A DNA stretch of 64,000 nt from Thermoplasmatota archaeon (GTDB taxonomy: Archaea > Thermoplasmatota > Thermoplasmata > UBA10834). Where the stretch lies: contig JBFMHR010000005.1 of assembly GCA_040751795.1 (NCBI GenBank), positions 96,001 to 160,000 on the forward strand, read 5' to 3'. Positions within the stretch are counted from its first letter, which is position 1. Each line of letters opens with the position of its first letter. Under the pieces are notes generated by a model. That model had not been told where the DNA came from. It was given only the letters and a program-made list of their open reading frames with translations, and ran no database searches. Positions 40,244 through 48,502 of this stretch are shown here, in pieces. The translations under genes were made by a program, and so were the position numbers.

Positions 40244-40836
40244 TGGGTGACGTGGATCATCGGACTGTCAAGTATCTTGATGAGGTCATCCGTTCCCTTG
40301 AGGGCATGAAGAGAGACTTCCCCTCGAAGGCGACCGAGATCGTCTCAATACTGACTCGAGCCAGAACCTCCGGAAAGAAGGTGTACGTGATGGGGAACGG
40401 CGGCAGCGCATCGACCGCCTCGCACATGGCGTCCGACCTCAACAAGGGTGCCAACAGGGACGATGCCCCCAGGTTCAGAGCGATAGCGTTGACCGACAAC
40501 ATCCCATTGATGATGGCCTGGGCGAATGATTCCTCCTATGATGATGTGTTCGTGGAGCAGCTGAGAAATCACCTCGAGGAGGGCGACGTGGTCATAGGGA
40601 TCAGCGGTTCTGGCAACTCCCCGAACGTGTTGAAGGCGGTCGAATATGCCAACACGAACGGGGCAGTCACGATAGGCATCACCGGCTTTGACGGCGGGAA
40701 GCTGGCCAAGATGGCGAGAGTCGCCTACGTCGTCCCTTCGCACTGCATGCAACAGGTGGAGGACGCACACTTGATTATGGAACACATGCTCTCCATGATA
40801 CTGAGGGACTCCCCGGAATGCGCCTGCGGGCGATGA
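40240..40836 (+). CDS. gmhA: Sedoheptulose-7-phosphate isomerase (SIS)
   Basis: GNGGSA..ASH, AWAND, ISGSGNSPNV and EDAH. Confidence 0.92.
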   Translation: MMGDVDHRTVKYLDEVIRSLEGMKRDFPSKATEIVSILTRARTSGKKVYVMGNGGSASTASHMASDLNKGANRDDAPRFRAIALTDNIPLMMAWANDSSYDDVFVEQLRNHLEEGDVVIGISGSGNSPNVLKAVEYANTNGAVTIGITGFDGGKLAKMARVAYVVPSHCMQQVEDAHLIMEHMLSMILRDSPECACGR

Positions 40837-40863
40837 GGACCTCCGAGATCGGAATGAGATACA

Positions 40864-41451
40864 ATGCCCACCCACTTCACGTCCCCGAAGGGAAGGATTG
40901 CAGTCTTCGTCGACAGGGACGGAACGATATGTTTCGACAGACACTATCTTGCGGATCCAGATGGCCTTGAGCTGATACCTACGGTGATTGAAGGCATCAA
41001 GAAGCTCAATGACGTGGGTCTGCCCGTCATAGTGGTGACGAACCAGTCCGGAATAGCCAGGGGCAAGTTCGACGAGAAGCGATTGGATGAGATCCATGCG
41101 AGGTTGCGCGGGCTTTTGTCTGCAGGCGGCGCTCACATAGACGACCTCTTCTTCTGTCCTCATATGCCGGATGCAGGGTGCAGATGCAGGAAACCCGCTG
41201 TGGGGATGCTCCTGGATGCAGCCGATAGACATGGAATCCACCTGAAAGGGTCGTTCATGATTGGGGATAGGATGATGGACATCGAGATGGCACACAAGGT
41301 GGGTGCCAGGGCCGCGTTGGTTCCGGAGCCCGGCGACCAGTACGACGTCGCGTCTGAGATGAGACTGTCGAGGGAGAGACCAGACATCCAGTTGAATACG
41401 TTCGTCGAAGCAGTGGATTGGATTCTGGGCAATATCAGAGATGAACCGTAG
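40864..41451 (+). CDS. gmhB: Heptose-1,7-bisphosphate phosphatase (HAD)
   Basis: FVDRDGT, VTNQSGIARG, CPH...C.CRKP and IGD...D. Confidence 0.92.
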   Translation: MPTHFTSPKGRIAVFVDRDGTICFDRHYLADPDGLELIPTVIEGIKKLNDVGLPVIVVTNQSGIARGKFDEKRLDEIHARLRGLLSAGGAHIDDLFFCPHMPDAGCRCRKPAVGMLLDAADRHGIHLKGSFMIGDRMMDIEMAHKVGARAALVPEPGDQYDVASEMRLSRERPDIQLNTFVEAVDWILGNIRDEP

Positions 41452-42511
41452 TGTTCTCGCCCACGACCAGTCTCTCTCCTTTGGGGAGCATGCCCGCCGA
41501 ACTGAGTATCTTCGACCCTCTGCCGATGACGCTTCTGACGATCTTGCGTTCCACGTTGATGACGGCGTCCTCCATGACCATGGAGTCGTCGACCTCGGCT
41601 GACGATATCTGGCACCTGTCCCCCACTGCGGTGTAGGGGCCGATGTACGCCCCTGGGCCTATCTTGCACCCTTCGCCGATTATCGCCGGTCCCCTGACGA
41701 CGGACCTTCCAGTGACTACCGTCCCCTTGCCAATCCTGACCCTCCCAACCACAGAGGAGCCAGATTCGATCTTTCCATCGTTCAATGATTCGATTCCATC
41801 GAGGATGAGGTGGTTCGCATCGAGAATGTCATCAGGCCTTCCTGTGTCCTTCCACCATCCCTCGACGCGGTGAGGCGTGACCTTGTAACCCGCATCTATC
41901 AGCATGGAGATCGCGTCGGTTATCTCCATCTCATTCCTCCAGGAGGGCCTCAACCTGGGATACACCTCGAAGAAGGTGGAGTTGAAGGCGTAGATACCTA
42001 TCACTGCCAGGTCCGACTTCGGTTCCTTCGGCTTCTCCACGGTCCTGAGCACGGTCTTCCCGTCCTCAGACAGCTCCGCGATGCCATACCTCTGGGGCTC
42101 CTTCACGGGCATGAGGGATATCACACAGTCAGCCTTCTCTTCGGCCATCTTCTTCGGGATCTCCCGGATGCCCGATTTCAGCAGGTTGTCTCCGAGGTAG
42201 ACTATGAACGGGTCGTCACCCATGAACTCCTTTGAGCAGTTCACCGCATGGGCGATACCCATGGGCTTCCCCTGCACGATGTAGGTGAACCTCGCGCCGA
42301 ACCTTGCCCCATCGCCGAGGAACTCCTGGACCTTCTCCGGCATCATGTTCCCGAGTATGATGCCGATATCGGTTATGCCCGCATCCGTGAGGTCCTCGAT
42401 GCAGTACTGTATGTTCGGCTTGTTCGCTATCGGTATCAACTGCTTCGGACCGGTGTGGGTCAAAGGCCTCAGCCCGGTTCCGTATCCACCCGCGAGGACC
42501 AGTCCCTTCAT
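41435..42511 (-). CDS. rmlA: Glucose-1-phosphate thymidylyltransferase, long form
   Basis: MKGLVLAGGYGTGLRPLTHTGPKQL, YLGDN, EKP, WWKDTG and LbH tail. ATG 42511 follows GGAG. Confidence 0.92.
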   Translation of the reverse strand: MKGLVLAGGYGTGLRPLTHTGPKQLIPIANKPNIQYCIEDLTDAGITDIGIILGNMMPEKVQEFLGDGARFGARFTYIVQGKPMGIAHAVNCSKEFMGDDPFIVYLGDNLLKSGIREIPKKMAEEKADCVISLMPVKEPQRYGIAELSEDGKTVLRTVEKPKEPKSDLAVIGIYAFNSTFFEVYPRLRPSWRNEMEITDAISMLIDAGYKVTPHRVEGWWKDTGRPDDILDANHLILDGIESLNDGKIESGSSVVGRVRIGKGTVVTGRSVVRGPAIIGEGCKIGPGAYIGPYTAVGDRCQISSAEVDDSMVMEDAVINVERKIVRSVIGRGSKILSSAGMLPKGERLVVGENTTVHL

Positions 42512-43407
42512 CTCCTCTTCCCCTCCTGCTCCCTCATCTTCCTCAGACCTTCCTCGAACGTAACCATCTTCCTGCCTAACAGCCTTTCGACCTTGGACAC
42601 ATCCAGGCACGAGTAGGCCGGTCTCCTGGCGGGCAGCGTGACAGATGACGATGGCACCGCCACAGCCAGCGCCTCGTCCAGGTCGAAGGCCTTCGCAATC
42701 ATCCGTCCACAGGTCGGCCTGTCGAGGCAGTCCGGACCAGAGGTGTGCCATATCCCTGTCACGTCCTTCTCCGCCAGGTCCAGCAGAGTCTTCGCGAGGT
42801 CGTCTGCGAAAGTCGGCGATATGAACTGGTCCTGGAATAGAGGCGCCTTCTCCCCCTTGCGGATCCTCTTCAGCACCCACGTCACGAAGTTATCCTTGTC
42901 CTCGAGAGGGTTCCACCCGTACAGGACCGCTGGTCGCGCCACGACCGCCCCTGGGAGGGTCGACAGCACGGCCTTCTCCCCAGCGAGCTTGCTAGCGCCG
43001 TAGACGGATATGGGCCTCGGGACGTCGGTCTCCGTGTACCTCCTCCTCTTCGTGCCGTCGAAGACATAGTCGGTGGACACATGGACGAGCCTCGCTCCTC
43101 CCTCCTTGCAGGTCCTCGCGACCAGGGCCGGCCCTGAGGCGTTCACCCTGTTCGCAGCCAGCTGCTGTCTCTCGCAGGCATCAACGTTCGTCATCGCCGC
43201 GGCCAGAATGACGATGTCCGGGGCCGTCTTCTTGAACAGGGCATCGACCTCGTCCTTGGAGCCTATGTCCAGAGCCTCGAGCCTCCATAGGTCCTTCCCG
43301 TCGACCTCGGGGTTGTACGTGCCGACCGCGCCAAACCTCCCCCTGGCCTGCTCCATCAGCTTGCTGCCAAGGAGTCCCGACGCGCCTATGACGAGGAGCT
43401 TCTTCAA
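42508..43407 (-). CDS. rmlD: dTDP-4-dehydrorhamnose reductase
   Basis: GASGLLG, STDYVFDG, YGASK and RPAYSCLD. Confidence 0.93.
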   Translation of the reverse strand: MKKLLVIGASGLLGSKLMEQARGRFGAVGTYNPEVDGKDLWRLEALDIGSKDEVDALFKKTAPDIVILAAAMTNVDACERQQLAANRVNASGPALVARTCKEGGARLVHVSTDYVFDGTKRRRYTETDVPRPISVYGASKLAGEKAVLSTLPGAVVARPAVLYGWNPLEDKDNFVTWVLKRIRKGEKAPLFQDQFISPTFADDLAKTLLDLAEKDVTGIWHTSGPDCLDRPTCGRMIAKAFDLDEALAVAVPSSSVTLPARRPAYSCLDVSKVERLLGRKMVTFEEGLRKMREQEGKRR

Positions 43408-43481
43408 ACAGGGTACCTCTGAGATACCAGACCGAACGCATGGACACCTTAATAATTTGTCTCGACCATGACCGTCCCATC

Positions 43482-43952
43482 ATGGCGGCTAGAATCGGCA
43501 CGATCGCTGACGTCAGCGTGCGTAGCCTCCGCAGGATCCAAGACGATCGCGGATGGCTCATGGAGATATTCCGTTCGGACTGGCCCGAGTTCCAGAAGTT
43601 CGGGCAGACGTACATGACCACCTGCAAGCCGGGCGTCGTGAAGGGCTGGCACTACCACAAGCTCCAGTGGGACCACTTCGTCCCCATCAGGGGGAACGCC
43701 CTGGTCGGGCTCTACGACGCGAGGGAGGGCTCCCCGACGAAGGGCGTCCTCCAGGAGGTCGAGGTCTGGGAGAAGGAGCCGAAGTTCGTCAGGATACCGC
43801 CCCTTGTCTACCACGGCTTCACCCCCCTGGACGACAGCGAGATATGGGTCGTGAACACCCCCACCGAGCTCTACGACTACAAGCAGCCCGACGAGCACCG
43901 GAAGGAATGGGACGACCCAGAGATAGGCTATCTGTGGCGAAAGAAGAGGTGA
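43482..43952 (+). CDS. rmlC: dTDP-4-dehydrorhamnose 3,5-epimerase family
   Basis: DDRGWLME, GVVKGWHYH, IPP..YHGF and WDDPEIG..W. Confidence 0.88.
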   Translation: MAARIGTIADVSVRSLRRIQDDRGWLMEIFRSDWPEFQKFGQTYMTTCKPGVVKGWHYHKLQWDHFVPIRGNALVGLYDAREGSPTKGVLQEVEVWEKEPKFVRIPPLVYHGFTPLDDSEIWVVNTPTELYDYKQPDEHRKEWDDPEIGYLWRKKR

Positions 43953-43958
43953 TTCCCC

Positions 43959-44906
43959 TTGAGGATGCTCATCACAGGCGGCGCGGGTTTCATCGGGTGC
44001 AACTTCGTCCGGCACATGCTGAAGGAGCACCCTCAGGACCAGGTTGTCGTCCTGGACAAACTGACGTATGCCGGGAGGCTGGAGAACCTCGAGGATGTCA
44101 AGGACAGGATCACCTTCATCAAGGGCGACATCTGCGACAAGGACGTCGTCAGGGGCGCCATGGACGGCTGCGGCATCGTCGTCAATTTCGCGGCGGAGAG
44201 CCATGTCGACAGGAGCATCACCTCCCCCGAGGACTTCGTGCGGACCGATGTGCTGGGCGTCTTCACACTCCTGGAGGAGGCCAGGCGGCGAGACGTTAAG
44301 AGATACGTCCAGATCTCCACCGACGAGGTCTACGGTTCCACCATGTCAGGTTCCTTCTCGGAGGATGATATCCTCGATCCTTCCTCTCCGTACTCCGCCA
44401 GCAAGGCGGGCGGGGAGCTACTTGCCAGGTCGTACGTTAAGACGTATGGGCTGGATGTTATTGTGACCCGTTCTTCCAACAACTACGGCCCCTTCCAGTA
44501 CCCCGAGAAGCTGATACCCATCCTCGTTCTGAAGGCCCTTAGAAACGAACCTCTCCCTATCTACGGAAAGGGCCTGAACGTACGTGACTGGCTCCATGTC
44601 GAGGACAACTGCAGGGCGATAGACCTGATCTCTCAGAAGGCCAAGGCCGGCGACATAGTCAACGTCGGCTCGGGCAACGAGGTCCCCAACATCGACGTCG
44701 CCAAACTCATCCTTAGACACATGGGGAAGCCCGAGAGCCTCATAACCTATGTCAAGGACCGTCCTGGACACGACTTCCGGTACTCGCTCGACTGGGAGCG
44801 CCTGAAGAAGCTAGGTTGGACGCCGAAGGTCAGGTTCGAGGACGGCCTCAAGAGCACGGTGGACTGGTATCTGGCCAACAAGCCTTGGTGGGAACCGCTA
44901 CTGTGA
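43959..44906 (+). CDS. rmlB: dTDP-glucose 4,6-dehydratase
   Basis: GGAGFIG, DKLTYAG, AAESHVDRSI, STDEVYG, YSASK and DRPGHDFRY. Confidence 0.95.
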   Translation: MRMLITGGAGFIGCNFVRHMLKEHPQDQVVVLDKLTYAGRLENLEDVKDRITFIKGDICDKDVVRGAMDGCGIVVNFAAESHVDRSITSPEDFVRTDVLGVFTLLEEARRRDVKRYVQISTDEVYGSTMSGSFSEDDILDPSSPYSASKAGGELLARSYVKTYGLDVIVTRSSNNYGPFQYPEKLIPILVLKALRNEPLPIYGKGLNVRDWLHVEDNCRAIDLISQKAKAGDIVNVGSGNEVPNIDVAKLILRHMGKPESLITYVKDRPGHDFRYSLDWERLKKLGWTPKVRFEDGLKSTVDWYLANKPWWEPLL

Positions 44907-44932
44907 CTTCGACCGTGTGAACGGCAAGAGGT

Positions 44933-45763
44933 CTATTCGGACTCCTTCCTCTTCGCTCCGAGCTCGCTAGATCTCTGCGACGCGACCTCGACCGCGTCGA
45001 TCAGCATCGCCTTCAGCCCGCCCCTCTCGAGCGAGTGCAGGGCGCTTATCGCTGTGCCCCCCGGGGAGGTCACGAGGTCCTTGAGCTTCGCCGGGTGCTC
45101 CTTCGTCTCCTGGATGAGCTTCGACGACCCTATGAGCGTCTGGACCGCCAGAACTGAGGCCACGTCCCTCGACAGGCCGACCTTCACCCCCGCGTCCGTC
45201 AGACCCTCTAGTATCTGGAACACGTACATCGGCCCGGTCCCGCTGAGGCCCGTGACCGCGTCCATCAGCGACTCCTCGACCTCGGCCACGATCCCCACCG
45301 ACTCGAATATGTGGGTGGCGGAGGCCATGTGCTCCTCGGTCGCGTACTTCCCCGGGCATATGGCCGTCGCGGCCTCCCTGACAACCGCCGCGATGTTCGG
45401 CATCGCCCTCACGACAGGGACCTTCCCCCCGACCTTCTTCTCGATGCTCGCCGTCGTGACGCCCGCCGCCACCGACACCAGGAGCTTCGAGTCCTTCAGG
45501 GACGGCTTGACCTCCTCGACGACCTTCAGCATGATCTGGGGCTTGACCGCGAGGACCACGATGTCCGCGAACTCGGCCGCCTCGGTGTTGGAGTGGGACG
45601 CCCTGACCTGGGGCACGGCCTTCCTGATGTGCTCGAGCCTCGTCTTGAGCGGCTCGGCCACCATGATGTGCTCCGCCTTGGCCCAGTCGGTCTGCAGGAT
45701 GCCCTTCGCAAGGGCCATCCCCATGTTCCCGCCCCCGATGATGGCTATCCTCTTGTCGTTCAT
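44933..45763 (-). CDS. proC: Pyrroline-5-carboxylate reductase
   Basis: IGGGNMG, LAVKPQ, RAMPN and VTSPGGT. Confidence 0.95.
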   Translation of the reverse strand: MNDKRIAIIGGGNMGMALAKGILQTDWAKAEHIMVAEPLKTRLEHIRKAVPQVRASHSNTEAAEFADIVVLAVKPQIMLKVVEEVKPSLKDSKLLVSVAAGVTTASIEKKVGGKVPVVRAMPNIAAVVREAATAICPGKYATEEHMASATHIFESVGIVAEVEESLMDAVTGLSGTGPMYVFQILEGLTDAGVKVGLSRDVASVLAVQTLIGSSKLIQETKEHPAKLKDLVTSPGGTAISALHSLERGGLKAMLIDAVEVASQRSSELGAKRKESE

Positions 45764-45872
45764 GGCTCCCACTCGTCTGGGATTGGCCACGATGGGCCGG
45801 ATATTTAATCTAGACGGTACAGAATTGGACATTCAAAGGCCGGCTGTGGCCTTCTCGGGGATATCGAGTCAT

Positions 45873-46169
45873 TCATCCGTACAATCTCTTGTGGCGCGAG
45901 CGCAGGTGCCACCAGGTGACGGTGCAGAGCACCGCGAGGAAGGCCGCCGTCAGGACCAGCACCGTCCTAGGGGCCGCGTCCGTGACGATCGCCGCCAGGG
46001 CCAGCAGCACGAGGACGGCGACTGCCGTGACAACGACCATGAATGATGCCAGGTTCCTCTGCTGGGCCAGGTTCAGTGTTGTGGTCCCGTACGGGGTCTC
46101 GCTGACTATGGTCACCCTCTCTTCCCGAGGCACTTCCCCTGCTGCCCGTTGCCCCTCCAACCCTGTCAC
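45873..46169 (-). CDS. Small two-TM membrane protein
   Basis: Two hydrophobic helices, co-oriented downstream of the DUF1616 gene. Confidence 0.55.
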   Translation of the reverse strand: MTGLEGQRAAGEVPREERVTIVSETPYGTTTLNLAQQRNLASFMVVVTAVAVLVLLALAAIVTDAAPRTVLVLTAAFLAVLCTVTWWHLRSRHKRLYG

Positions 46170-46228
46170 TCTCGGGCGGTGATTCCATCAGGGGGCTGAT
46201 GAAGGTTTCCGCGGCCTTCCCGGCCGCG

Positions 46229-47257
46229 TCACCCATCGGGCCACACGTCTACCCACAGGTGGACCTCCCTGTAGGGGTCCTGTCCGATGGGCTGCCCCTC
46301 GAGGAAGAGCATGACCTGCAGCTTCCACTCCCCCTCCTGCGTGATGTTGAAGTCGAACGTCTGGTTGTAGTAGGCCAGGTGCTCGAGGGAGAAGTCCTGC
46401 GCTATCCCGACGCGCGGCGTCAGCTCGTGCGTGGCGTCCCAGTCTATCGTGTCCTGGCCCACCGTGAAGTTGCCGTCCGTCGCGTTCGTCAGCACCAGGA
46501 CCAGCGTGTAGTCGACAGGCTCGTGCTCGAACGACCTGACCGTGATGAGGACCGTCCCGTTCTCCCCGACCGTCAGGTTGGTCGGATAATCGTCGGCCAT
46601 CCCCTCCGGGCCCAGGATCGCCAGCTGAGTGAAGGTCTCCCCGACCCTCGGGGTCGTGACGGCCCACGCCAGCACGACGACCGACGCCACGAGCATAACC
46701 GCGATCCCGATGGTGAGCGCCCTGTCGACTACGGGCATGCCCTCCCAGTCGAACCTGACGTCGACGACGATAGCGAACCTCTCGTCCTCCGGCAGCCTCA
46801 TCCGCCTGTACCACCCGACGGCCGACGCGGCCAGGATGAACCCCGAGACCGAGGCGAGTATCGGGTCCAGCCTTATCCCGTAGGGCGTGAAGTTGAGGGC
46901 GAGGCCGATCAGCGGCACTATCGCGATGCTCAGGCCCAGGCTGAGGGCGACCCTCTCAATGCCGTCGATCCTGTCGTTCTCGGGGAACAGGGCAGCGGTG
47001 GCCGCGTACCCGGGCAGGAACAGGACGAAGGCGAGCCCCAGGGCCTGCCTCGCAGCGCTCTCAGGGACCGCGAGGACGAGCAGGACCAGCAGGAGGGCGA
47101 GAGCTGCGCACGCAAGAAGGTCGTAAGGCCTCTCCCGCACCTCGATGTGGATGTGGCGGGGGTCCCCCTTCGCCGGTCCGGACACGTGATCGCCATCGGG
47201 ATTGGCGTTCCGTATATCAATACTCTCAGGGGCGGGCCGCCCCCGCCGTGGGCACAT
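46229..47257 (-). CDS. DUF1616 domain membrane protein
   Basis: LFLPGY...ALFP....DGIERVALSLGLSIAIVPL, ETFT..ILG..G.A..YPT and YREVHLWVDV. Start probably downstream of 47257. Confidence 0.9.
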   Translation of the reverse strand: MCPRRGRPAPESIDIRNANPDGDHVSGPAKGDPRHIHIEVRERPYDLLACAALALLLVLLVLAVPESAARQALGLAFVLFLPGYAATAALFPENDRIDGIERVALSLGLSIAIVPLIGLALNFTPYGIRLDPILASVSGFILAASAVGWYRRMRLPEDERFAIVVDVRFDWEGMPVVDRALTIGIAVMLVASVVVLAWAVTTPRVGETFTQLAILGPEGMADDYPTNLTVGENGTVLITVRSFEHEPVDYTLVLVLTNATDGNFTVGQDTIDWDATHELTPRVGIAQDFSLEHLAYYNQTFDFNITQEGEWKLQVMLFLEGQPIGQDPYREVHLWVDVWPDG

Positions 47258-47315
47258 TGTAATACCCCTGACCCGATTCCCTCACGCCGGGGCGCCGGCA
47301 GCGCAGGGACGGCCC

Positions 47316-47561
47316 ATGCTCCTATCCGAGAAGATCTTCGTCGCTATGGCCGCCTGGACGGCGGCGTCCGTGTACGTCGCCATGCGGTCAGGGACGGACC
47401 TCCTCGTCACGCTGGTCCTGATAGGCCTCCTGGTGACGCGCGAGCTATCGGACGGGGTGCTGAGCAGGAGCCTCAGGCGCAGGATGGCGATGTTCATCTA
47501 CGCCCTCCTGGCCGTCTTCGCCGCGGTGGTGGCGAACCGGGTCCTGGAAGTGCTGTCCTAA
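47316..47561 (+). CDS. Small three-TM membrane protein
   Basis: MLLSEKIF...LIGLLVTREL...FAAVVANRVLEVL, divergent from DUF1616. Confidence 0.65.
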   Translation: MLLSEKIFVAMAAWTAASVYVAMRSGTDLLVTLVLIGLLVTRELSDGVLSRSLRRRMAMFIYALLAVFAAVVANRVLEVLS

Positions 47562-47566
47562 GGCCG

Positions 47567-48391
47567 TCACCATTCGGAGAGGGACAGCGTGAAGACCACC
47601 CTGTCCTGGGAATTGTCCACCTTCTCCACCCTGACCGCCCTGTCGGTCGCCCTCGCGACCGCGGTGAGGATGCACGAGCACCCGACGCACTGGAGCTGCC
47701 TGCAGGTGTCGGGCATCTCCGCCCTCACGGCCCTGCACGCATCGCGCAGGCCGCCGTACTCCACCCTGAGGACCAGCCTCCCCTCCCTCTCCTTGAGGTG
47801 GAAGTCGCGCATCATGCCCATCCCCTGCCCGAGCATCCGGAGGCCGCCCTCGACCGCCTCCATGTCCATCCCCTTCTCCATGGGCCCGCGCTCCCTCTCT
47901 ATGGCCGCGAGGAGCTCCCCTCCCGGCGGGTCGACCAGGATCCCCGAGCCGTCCGTCAGGTGGGCCCTGGAAACCGGTCCGTCGGCCTCCGCGGGCACGA
48001 ACACCTTCTCCGGGACGCCTTCCCTCGCCGGGAGGTACACCGAGCCGCCCTCGAGCGACCTGCCCCCCACGAGGTCCCTGTTCGACCTGGCCGCCGACAT
48101 CATCTGTGCGGCCGAGACGCTTGCAGGGACGCTGGGGAGCGAGAGCACCGCGACGGCGAACGCGCCGAGGAACAGGGCGCCCGCTGCTGACACCGTGAAC
48201 GCGGTCCTCCTCTCCTCGAGGGTGTCGAGCCTCTCCTGGAGATCCGGGTCGTCCGTGTCGCCGATGCCCCCGATCTCCGAGTGGGCGTCGTACGCGAACG
48301 CGGCGAGGGCCGCCCCGACTGCCAGGAGCGCGATCCCGAGGAGGATCCCGCGGTTCAATGAAATCCGTCCAGACGAATCGCCAGGGGACAT
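47567..48391 (-). CDS. Archaeal membrane protein with C-terminal Cys motif (C..C...C.CS.I)
   Basis: Two N-terminal TMs, VYLP..VFVP, PPG..L and CRAV....TCRQLQCVGCSC. Confidence 0.7.
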   Translation of the reverse strand: MSPGDSSGRISLNRGILLGIALLAVGAALAAFAYDAHSEIGGIGDTDDPDLQERLDTLEERRTAFTVSAAGALFLGAFAVAVLSLPSVPASVSAAQMMSAARSNRDLVGGRSLEGGSVYLPAREGVPEKVFVPAEADGPVSRAHLTDGSGILVDPPGGELLAAIERERGPMEKGMDMEAVEGGLRMLGQGMGMMRDFHLKEREGRLVLRVEYGGLRDACRAVRAEMPDTCRQLQCVGCSCILTAVARATDRAVRVEKVDNSQDRVVFTLSLSEW

Positions 48392-48502
48392 GACGCATCC
48401 TGCTGGGACGGTAACACCCTTACCCCTATTCTAATTATCCAGGCCTCCCGCGTCCCCTCCCGTGGCAGGCTATTAATATCGGCCGAGTCGATTCCCGTCG
48501 AC

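Noticed and set aside
42512-42880. N-terminal extension of rmlA
   Set aside because: It overlaps rmlD in another frame, and the conserved start is MKGLVLAGG.
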